Position numbers and translations under genes: made by a program. A DNA stretch of 7,721 nucleotides from an uncultured Nitrososphaerota archaeon. Its GTDB lineage: Archaea > Korarchaeota > Korarchaeia > Korarchaeales > Korarchaeaceae. The notes under the pieces were generated by a model. It was given only the letters and a program-made list of their open reading frames with translations, was not told the DNA's origin and did not search any database. The DNA lies in contig CAYZRF010000042.1 in the NCBI GenBank assembly GCA_964480775.1, forward strand, positions 1 through 7,721. Reading direction: 5' to 3'. Shown here piece after piece: positions 1-5,308 of the stretch. Position 1 is the first letter of the stretch. Each line of letters starts with the position of its first letter.

Positions 1-717
1 AGTTCTTTTCCTCCTTTAGGTTTTTTGCCTCAACGAGAAGCCAAAATTGATCTCTTCTTTGCAATATATAAAGAACATCAGATGGACTTAAAAGAGTTAA
101 AAACTATAACAACTATTCTTAACTCCAACATCGTTCGATACATACTGAATAAAAAGATAAAAGAAGTTTTATGGGAGGGCATCCCTTTTATTAAACAAGA
201 ATGGATTAAAAATATTTGGATACCTCAAACTAATGAGTTTGAAAAAGATACTTTTGGTAAACTTCACGATTATCTGTCATTAGGATACTTAGTATACTAT
301 TTAACCAAAAGCAATACAATAATGCGTTATCTCAAAAATCTTGAGGATCTAACTCAAAGTTTGATCTACGAACTCTACTTCAAAGAAAAATTCATCGAGG
401 ACAGTAAAAAAGCAATCGAAGAAGGTAAAGAACCAATCTACCCGCAACTTGAAAAAGGTCCCTTCTTGATCGATTTAATCGCAAAATATCTCAGACCCGC
501 CGATTATGACAGTTACACAAAGCTAGCCTACGTAATCGAGCCGTTAAGCGAGGAGGAAAAGCAGAAGATTGAGAAAATAAAGCAAGAACACCTCAAAATA
601 GGAGAAGAAATAGTCGAAGCTATCAATGCAGATAAAGCAATCATGGGACTGATTGAAAGAATAAAGCAGCACGAGTGGGTGAAGGTGATTGAGGACGTAA
701 TGAGTAAATGGGAGTAA
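1..717 (+). CDS. 3' portion (238 codons; 5' end outside the window) of a DNA N6-adenine methyltransferase / Type IIG restriction-modification enzyme, covering the target-recognition (TaqI_C-like) region and C-terminal tail
   Basis: Frame 1 is open from base 1: there is no stop upstream of the TTG at 25 that the ORF track used as a start. The stop is TAA at 715-717. The translation contains TTILNSNIVRYILNKK, which matches the LNS-hydrophobic signature of TaqI-like C-terminal specificity domains (Pfam PF12950). About 70 aa later it contains SLIYELYFKEKF, resembling the vYeLYgLt helix near the C-terminus of Eco57I/MmeI-type Type IIG enzymes and BREX PglX methyltransferases. The call is by motif recognition only. 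Confidence 0.5.
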   Translation, partial: SSFPPLGFLPQREAKIDLFFAIYKEHQMDLKELKTITTILNSNIVRYILNKKIKEVLWEGIPFIKQEWIKNIWIPQTNEFEKDTFGKLHDYLSLGYLVYYLTKSNTIMRYLKNLEDLTQSLIYELYFKEKFIEDSKKAIEEGKEPIYPQLEKGPFLIDLIAKYLRPADYDSYTKLAYVIEPLSEEEKQKIEKIKQEHLKIGEEIVEAINADKAIMGLIERIKQHEWVKVIEDVMSKWE

Positions 718-1101
718 TTAAGAAAAAACTCCCTTCTGTTAGCAGTTTTCTTACATATCTTTGTATCCTTAAACAGCTTTTCTATTTTTAATTCGGCCAA
801 ATGCATCTACTTTCAAGCTTTATCTTTATTTTGCCAATGTATGCAGTCTTTTTCTTAGCTCTTCCATAGCTTTGTTGTCATAAAATGATCACCAACATAC
901 TTCCTTCAAGATTTTTAGAGAACCAGTCTATTACGTAGCTTTCTGTGTTAAGGTAATATCAACAAAATATTGGGGTCCTTAAACATGGTAATCTAGAAGT
1001 GACCAAAAATAAAAACTAAAGATAGTAGCTTGTGCATAACTGAACGAAGTAGTGCTTATTTAGAGACCTTTTGCATGAAAATTCTTGAGAAATTTAGTAT
1101 T

Positions 1102-1125
1102 GTTTCGTGAAACGCACCTTTCACG
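1102..1125. promoter_or_regulatory. Overlapping inverted repeats upstream of hicB; candidate operator
   Basis: GTTTC-GT-GAAAC spans 1102-1113. CGTGAAA (1106-1112), a 6-nt spacer CGCACC, and TTTCACG (1119-1125) form a second inverted repeat that overlaps the first. This gives three GAAAC/GTTTC-type half-sites just upstream of the TATA-like box, 46-69 nt before the hicB ATG. Confidence 0.35.
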
Positions 1126-1132
1126 CAACCCA

Positions 1133-1143
1133 TTAGATATAAG
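1133..1143 (+). promoter_or_regulatory. TATA-like box for hicB-hicA
   Basis: The sequence TTAGATATAAG is centred about 31 nt upstream of the hicB ATG at 1171. With an archaeal TATA-to-TSS spacing of about 26 nt, this predicts a leaderless or near-leaderless transcript. Confidence 0.35.
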
Positions 1144-1170
1144 TTTAGGCCTCCTTTCCAATAGAAAGAA

Positions 1171-1377
1171 ATGACTATTATCGCAATCCTATGGAAAGAG
1201 GAGGACATGTATGTGATTCAAGATGTTAACACGGGAGTTACAACGCAGGGAGAAACGCTAGAAAAAGCAATAGAAAATTTGAAGGAAGCCGTCTCTCTAT
1301 ATCTAGAAGAGGCATCTGAAGAAGAGTTAGGACTTCAAAACAGGGAAATAGTTGCCATTCTGAGGATAGAAGGCTGA
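1171..1377 (+). CDS. hicB: HicB-family (UPF0150-like) antitoxin, 68 aa
   Basis: The translation MTIIAILWKEEDMYVIQDVNTGVTTQGETLEKAIENLKEAVSLYLEE matches the HicB N-terminal domain pattern (keedg-Yv..v..l.G..TqGeTleEAi.N.kEAi.lyLE). A hicA-like frame follows 4 nt downstream. Confidence 0.85.
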   Translation: MTIIAILWKEEDMYVIQDVNTGVTTQGETLEKAIENLKEAVSLYLEEASEEELGLQNREIVAILRIEG

Positions 1378-1381
1378 TCTA

Positions 1382-1618
1382 ATGAAACTACCCAGGCTTT
1401 CTTGAGAGGAAGTTGTTAAAGTCCTCATTTCTAAGTTTGGGTTCAGGATATCAAGATAAAGGGGAGATCATGTTGTTCTTGTGAAATTCATAGATTCCGA
1501 AAAGAGGGTTACGGTGGTTCCACTACATAAAGAGCTAAAACCTGGGACTCTTCTTGGAGTTCTTAAGCTCGCAAGAATATCGAGAGAAGAATTTCTAGAA
1601 GCTCTCAAGAAAAAATAG
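1382..1618 (+). pseudogene. hicA: hicA toxin (mRNA interferase) pseudogene with two in-frame nonsense codons: TGA at 1403-1405 and TAA at 1457-1459
   Basis: A single frame reads MKLPRLS*EEVVKVLISKFGFRISR*RGDHVVLVKFIDSEKRVTVVPLHKELKPGTLLGVLKLARISREEFLEALKKK*. HicA hallmarks are present: LPxxSGxE-vvK-L...GF, RQKGSH (here R*RGDH), and VtvPxHKELKxGTL. There are no frameshifts. Each fragment is under 60 aa, so the gene is missing from the ORF track. Confidence 0.8.
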
Positions 1619-1626
1619 AGATCACA

Positions 1627-1665
1627 TTTTTCCCTGCACGTGTTCCTCTCTTTAGTAGAGAGGAA
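1627..1665 (+). terminator. Oligo-T tract plus perfect hairpin downstream of hicA
   Basis: A T5 run lies at 1627-1631, 9 nt after the hicA stop. It is followed by a 9-bp perfect stem, TTCCTCTCT (1643-1651) and AGAGAGGAA (1657-1665), with the 5-nt loop TTAGT. Archaeal termination mainly uses oligo-T, so the role of the hairpin is uncertain. Confidence 0.3.
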
Positions 1666-1874
1666 TCAGTTCTTACAGTCTTTGAGTGAAGAAATACATT
1701 ATAGAATGTTTATCTACAGGGATCTTGTACTCCGACCACCTGAAACATCCTCCTGCATTTAACGTTCAATGTGCGCACTTACTTGCGCTTATCCACTTAA
1801 AACGTTTTAATTCCTCATGAGAAGAGCTTGAAAATGTAAAGAGCTTTTCATCCCACAGGCCCTTCATTTATCTC

Positions 1875-2282
1875 TTATTGCCTTGAAACCTCATCTGGAA
1901 TTTCATCTGCCATGATAGCTTTGGTATACCTCTTAGTAACTCTAAGAAGTTCTTTGTCCTCTGTAATAAGAGTAAAGCCTCCCTCTATGGCAGCCACTAA
2001 GTAAGAAGCGTCATAATAGGTTATCCCTTCATTTATCGCAATCTTGAGGACGTTAACTTTGTCCTTGATCTCCCAAATATCCATCTCTCCTATCAAGTCC
2101 AATATAGCCTCAAGCGCTCTTAGCCCTTCCTCCGGTTTTAGATCTTTTGTGAGGAATGCTTTTTTCCATATGGCGTTCCCTATCTCGTATTTCGCTAGAT
2201 CTATTGTCCAGCCCTCCATTAACTGGTCAAACTTTCTCTCTATACAAAGAGTTATTATGGCCGATGCGTCAAAGAGCTTCAC
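1875..2282 (-). CDS. vapC: PIN-domain ribonuclease toxin VapC, 135 aa
   Basis: The N-terminus is (GTG)KLFDASAII. Acidic residues are spaced as in PIN domains (D5, E33, D91 in YYDASYL, D109 in LITEDKEL; Pfam PF01850 pattern). The GTG start overlaps the stop of the upstream antitoxin by 4 nt (GTGA, 2279-2282). Confidence 0.85.
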   Translation of the reverse strand: MKLFDASAIITLCIERKFDQLMEGWTIDLAKYEIGNAIWKKAFLTKDLKPEEGLRALEAILDLIGEMDIWEIKDKVNVLKIAINEGITYYDASYLVAAIEGGFTLITEDKELLRVTKRYTKAIMADEIPDEVSRQ

Positions 2283-2521
2283 CTTTCATCCCTTGCCTCT
2301 CTGATGGCCCTAACCCACTCCTCTCTTCTCACTTTTGAAAGAACGGAACTAACTTCTTCCAGTCTCTTTTTCAGCAGTTCTCTAGTTCTTTTCCTTACTT
2401 CTTCTTCTAAGGCTCTTCTAATGACTTCTGATGGGCTGATTCCAAGCTCTTCTATTTTTCTCTTTAAGTCCTCGCTTATCTTGGCTGAAACAGTCACCAT
2501 CCTACTCATATATACTACCAT
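2279..2521 (-). CDS. vapB: VapB-type antitoxin (ribbon-helix-helix / archaeal putative-antitoxin family), 80 aa
   Basis: The translation MVTVSAKISEDLKRKIEELGISPSEVIRRALEEEV fits an RHH beta-strand plus helix pattern (v.v.l.eel..kl.el.....S.SevIR.aL). It has a charged helical C-terminus and is translationally coupled to vapC. The start could instead be one of the internal Met codons (MSRMVTV). Confidence 0.7.
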   Translation of the reverse strand: MVVYMSRMVTVSAKISEDLKRKIEELGISPSEVIRRALEEEVRKRTRELLKKRLEEVSSVLSKVRREEWVRAIREARDER

Positions 2522-2542
2522 TTTGTATTACTATCTTGTAGT

Positions 2543-2549
2543 ATTTAAG
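2543..2549 (-). promoter_or_regulatory. TATA-like box for vapBC
   Basis: The minus strand reads TTAAATA, centred about 25 nt upstream of the ATG at 2521. This is consistent with a leaderless vapBC transcript. Confidence 0.4.
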
Positions 2550-2558
2550 TTAGCTAGA

Positions 2559-2789
2559 TTAGCCCACAACATGAGCCAATTTGAACAAGGAAGCCGATTC
2601 ATGCATGCCAAATAACAGAATTTCGGGATTCTTTGCTTCTCGCCAAACTAATCGCCATTTTCGGATGGCTGATTGCGAGCCGTCCTTGAAAGGGAGCTTT
2701 ATCCATTCGTTATAAGGGTGGCTAAAAAATCTCAAGAGCTTACCTTCTGATTTTATAATATTCACTTTTCTGAAAGGAGCTGTGGGCAT
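2559..2789 (-). CDS. Doubtful hypothetical ORF (76 codons) or gene remnant
   Basis: It is an open frame only; no motif was recognised. Its ATG region overlaps the kinase start codon, and it lies over the kinase TATA box. It uses CGA for Arg three times, whereas neighbouring genes use AGG/AGA. An alternative GTG start (VNIIKSEG) would give 68 aa. Confidence 0.2.
   Translation of the reverse strand: MPTAPFRKVNIIKSEGKLLRFFSHPYNEWIKLPFKDGSQSAIRKWRLVWREAKNPEILLFGMHESASLFKLAHVVG
2752..2759 (+). promoter_or_regulatory. TATA box for the kinase / TrpF-like operon
   Basis: TTTATAAT is centred 26-27 nt upstream of the GTG at 2782, so the transcript is probably leaderless. The GGAG at 2776-2779 is only 2 nt from the GTG, too close to act as an SD sequence. 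Confidence 0.45.
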
Positions 2790-3693
2790 AGTAGTGCTGG
2801 GCAGCGTAGCTCAGGATACCTATCTTTACGTGAGGGGTGGGTTTTCTCTAGGATGTTCCAGAGTTGCCGAGTCGTTTAGGATTGGAGGCGGTGGTTCAGC
2901 AGCAAACACAGCGGTTGCTCTGGCAAGACTAGGTCTAAAGGTCGGATTCTTGGGTGCAGTTGGAGCTGACGATGTGGGTTCTTTTTTGAAAGAAGACCTA
3001 AGAAGGGAGGGCGTCGACGTCTCACAAGTTCAAGTCTTGAAGGATCATCTGTCATCAAGGGTCTACATAATAGTGGACTTAGATTCAGGTGAGAGAGGAA
3101 TGGTTGGAATAAGGGATGCAGACAACTTCCTTCAGATCAGGAGCATGGAATACATCTCACAGAGCAGCTTACTTCATGTCTCAGGGTACATGCTTCAAGA
3201 TGAGCCCGGTAGAAGTAGAACCCTTGAGATGATGAGAAAAGCTAAAAAACTTGGAGTCGCTGCCTCCTTGGATTTAACCCAAGAAGTTGCTCGAAGATCA
3301 CTCATAAAGAGAGCAGGGGAGATTGATTTCCTTATGGGAAATGAAAGTGAGTTCAAGCTGCTTGGATATGAACCATCCGAAATGAGCCTTAAGATCGCTA
3401 GGAGAGAGTTGGGATGCCAGAACATAGTGGTTAAGCTTGGAGCTAGAGGAAGCGCAGCTCTAATGGGAGACGAGTTCATTCACAAGGAGGCTTTCAGGGT
3501 AAAAGTAGTTGACACAACAGGGGCTGGAGACGCATTTAACGCCGGCTTTCTCTATGGTGTCATCAAGCAATACAGCGCTGAAGATTGTTTGGAGATAGGC
3601 AATGCTCTAGGCGCTTATGCATGCACAGGGGAGGGAGCGAGACATCTCCCCAAAAAAGAGGAAGTAGAATTAATGTTAGGGAGGAAAATATGA
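2782..3693 (+). CDS. PfkB-family (ribokinase-like) carbohydrate/nucleoside kinase, 303 aa
   Basis: The N-terminus GIVVLGSVAQDTYLYV is ribokinase-like. The GG lid motif is present as RIGGGGSAANTAVALARLG. The C-terminal PfkB signature DTTGAGDAFNAGFLYG carries the catalytic GAGD Asp (Pfam PF00294 pattern). The start is GTG at 2782, with an alternative GTG at 2794. The substrate cannot be assigned from sequence alone. Confidence 0.9.
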   Translation: MGIVVLGSVAQDTYLYVRGGFSLGCSRVAESFRIGGGGSAANTAVALARLGLKVGFLGAVGADDVGSFLKEDLRREGVDVSQVQVLKDHLSSRVYIIVDLDSGERGMVGIRDADNFLQIRSMEYISQSSLLHVSGYMLQDEPGRSRTLEMMRKAKKLGVAASLDLTQEVARRSLIKRAGEIDFLMGNESEFKLLGYEPSEMSLKIARRELGCQNIVVKLGARGSAALMGDEFIHKEAFRVKVVDTTGAGDAFNAGFLYGVIKQYSAEDCLEIGNALGAYACTGEGARHLPKKEEVELMLGRKI

Positions 3694-4388
3694 TGTCAAG
3701 GATAGTTGTTCAGATATACTCGATGACCTCTCCGGAAGAGGCGGCAATGGTCTCATCCCTTGGAGCGGATCATGTGGGCATGATGGTCTGGCTTAAGGAA
3801 ACTCATTTACCAATCCTATCAGTTCAGGACGCAAGAAAGGTTGCCAGAGTGGTAGAGGGAAGTTCGAAGGTGGTTATAATACCTACAACGCATGACGTAG
3901 GTGAGATCATTGAGATAGTTGAGAAAGTTGATCCAGATTATGTGCAAATAGCTAGTTATCCCAACTACTTGAGTTTTGAGTCCTTTGTCCTCCTTTCGGA
4001 GAAGCTCAGATCCAGAGGAACGAGGGTGATAAGGGTCATCCCAGTAAATGGGCATAAGAGCCTTGAAATGGCTTTGCTTTATGAGAGGCATTGCGACGTC
4101 ATAATGACCGATAGTGCTGGGAAACCGCCCTTTCCGCACGTCAGGGGATTCATAGGAGGTACTGGAAAAACTCATAACTGGATGATAAGCGCAGATATAA
4201 GGAAAAGGATTAAGAAGCCCCTTATTTTGGCTGGCGGTCTTAGCCCTGAGAATGTAGCGGCTGCAATAAAGGAGGTTCTTCCATGGGGCGTAGATGCTGC
4301 TTCCTCTCTCAACCTTGAAGGGACTTGCAAGAAGGATCCAGAGAAAGTAAAGGCCTTTATTGAGGCCATTAGGTCAATAAGAGGATAG
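3690..4388 (+). CDS. TrpF-like (phosphoribosylanthranilate isomerase fold, PRAI family) protein with an atypical active site, 232 aa
   Basis: It aligns by eye along its full length with TrpF:
- VQIYSMT corresponds to VKICGIT.
- GADHVGMMV corresponds to GADavGFVF.
- IMTDS...GGTGKTHNW corresponds to lLDs...GGsGKtFdW.
- LILAGGLSPENVAAAI..V.PWGVDAASS corresponds to vlaGGLnpeNV..AI..v.P.gVDvSSG.
- KKDPEKVKAFIEA corresponds to KD.eKi.aFi.
The start was moved to ATG 3690. A GGGAGG RBS lies at 3679-3684, 5 nt upstream, and the ATG overlaps the kinase TGA stop (ATGATG). The 35-codon extension from 3585 in the ORF track lies inside the kinase gene. Confidence 0.85.
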   Translation: MMSRIVVQIYSMTSPEEAAMVSSLGADHVGMMVWLKETHLPILSVQDARKVARVVEGSSKVVIIPTTHDVGEIIEIVEKVDPDYVQIASYPNYLSFESFVLLSEKLRSRGTRVIRVIPVNGHKSLEMALLYERHCDVIMTDSAGKPPFPHVRGFIGGTGKTHNWMISADIRKRIKKPLILAGGLSPENVAAAIKEVLPWGVDAASSLNLEGTCKKDPEKVKAFIEAIRSIRG

Positions 4389-4427
4389 CGTAGCACCTCA
4401 TTACATCTTCTTCCTTACGATATCTTC

Positions 4428-5066
4428 TTACCTGAAAATTGCTCCCCACAGGAATTTAACTCCGAAAAAGAGTAACACGATTCCAAGGACAAATAAGATG
4501 GCTCTGTAATATCTGTCTCCAAAAAGTCGCCTTCCACTATTTGAAGCGTGGGCCAAAGAGGATAGCCAAACATAGTCAAGCCAAACGTGAAGGAAGAACA
4601 ACAACAGAGGTCCTGCACTGGCCGCGACCTCCGTAGAGTCGTAGATAAGCTTAGTTCCTATAGTCAGCCACCAAGCGATAAAAAAGGGATTTAGGGCAGT
4701 TAGGGAAAAACCTATCCAGAAGCTTCTACCTCTCTTATCTGTCACTTTATTAAACGATTTGTCATCTAAACTAGCAGCCTTAACACCCTTCAGCTGAAGG
4801 AACCCTAGAACCAGGAGCACAATGCCACCTGCTGCCCCTGCAAATGTTTTGAAGGCCGCAGTCTCAAGAAATCTAGCAAAACCAAACGTCATCGCTAAGA
4901 TGAGTGGAAACTCGACAACTGAATGCCCAAGGGCCATCATGAAACCTGATCTCCATCCTTCTCCTCTAAGGCCTTCTTCTATGGCTGCGGCTGTAAGAGG
5001 ACCTGGAGCCAGCGCTCCGGACGCGCTGATGGTGACGACCTCGACCAAGAAGGTAATTGGATCCAT
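4428..5066 (-). CDS. LysE/RhtB-family amino-acid efflux membrane protein, 212 aa
   Basis: The protein is multi-pass and hydrophobic. It has the N-terminal SGALAPGPLT motif (the PGP motif of Pfam PF01810) and a length typical of LysE-type translocators. The start was set at ATG 5066 (MDPITFLVEVV) rather than the TTG at 5099 used by the ORF track. Confidence 0.8.
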   Translation of the reverse strand: MDPITFLVEVVTISASGALAPGPLTAAAIEEGLRGEGWRSGFMMALGHSVVEFPLILAMTFGFARFLETAAFKTFAGAAGGIVLLVLGFLQLKGVKAASLDDKSFNKVTDKRGRSFWIGFSLTALNPFFIAWWLTIGTKLIYDSTEVAASAGPLLLFFLHVWLDYVWLSSLAHASNSGRRLFGDRYYRAILFVLGIVLLFFGVKFLWGAIFR

Positions 5067-5308
5067 TTCATAGCTCACATCCCAGAGATATCTTGACAAG
5101 CAAGGGCTTTTTGTGCGAATTGCAATCGTTAACGCGAGATACTATAAAAACATTGAAGGTTGCAAGACACTGATAGTTAGTTAAAGTTAGAAACGGAAAA
5201 GATAATAGAAAAAACGAAGCCCTTTTTCTAGGTGATAATTTTAGGCTGCTTTGGGAGTTTGGAAAGTTGTAGGCTATTTTGTGGGTTAATTTCAGGGAGT
5301 AGATTGAT

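Noticed and set aside
528-806. 92-aa minus-strand ORF
   Set aside because: It is mostly antisense to the 3' end of the R-M gene (528-717). The composition is low-complexity Ser/Ile/Cys-rich, no motif was recognised, and only about 30 codons lie outside the R-M gene.
1403-1459. Idea that the TGA/TAA in hicA are recoded (selenocysteine or programmed read-through) rather than inactivating
   Set aside because: TGA, TAA and TAG all serve as ordinary stops for neighbouring genes. Archaeal Sec decoding is known only from methanogen-type lineages with SECIS elements, and TAA is not a Sec codon. Two different stop codons at consensus Gly and Gln positions fit simple point mutations.
2044-2615. Three plus-strand ORFs: 2044-2304, 2156-2338 and 2304-2615
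   Set aside because: They are antisense shadows of vapC and vapB. Their Ser/Leu-rich translations are typical of the reverse frame of Glu/Lys-rich genes, whereas the minus-strand products have clear PIN and antitoxin signatures.
2876-3479. Minus-strand ORFs 2876-3058 and 3195-3479
   Set aside because: They lie entirely inside, and antisense to, the well-supported PfkB kinase gene.
3585-3689. 35-codon N-terminal extension of the TrpF-like ORF given in the ORF track
   Set aside because: The extension lies within the kinase coding region in another frame and bears no resemblance to TrpF. ATG 3690 has a GGGAGG RBS 5 nt upstream and aligns with the N-terminus of TrpF family members.
3819-4396. 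Minus-strand ORFs 3819-4175 and 4172-4396
   Set aside because: They are antisense shadows of the TrpF-like gene.
4415-5073. ORFs 4415-4618 (minus, other frame) and 4822-5073 (plus)
   Set aside because: They overlap the LysE-type exporter gene, whose frame gives a coherent multi-helix membrane protein. These two give Cys-rich or Ala/Pro-rich nonsense.
5102-5224. 8-bp inverted repeat AAGGGCTT (5102-5109) / AAGCCCTT (5217-5224), each followed by a T-run; possible MITE-like ends or a long stem
   Set aside because: The arms are only 8 bp and do not extend. A match of this length within about 120 bp is not far from chance expectation. No target-site duplication or internal structure supports a mobile element.
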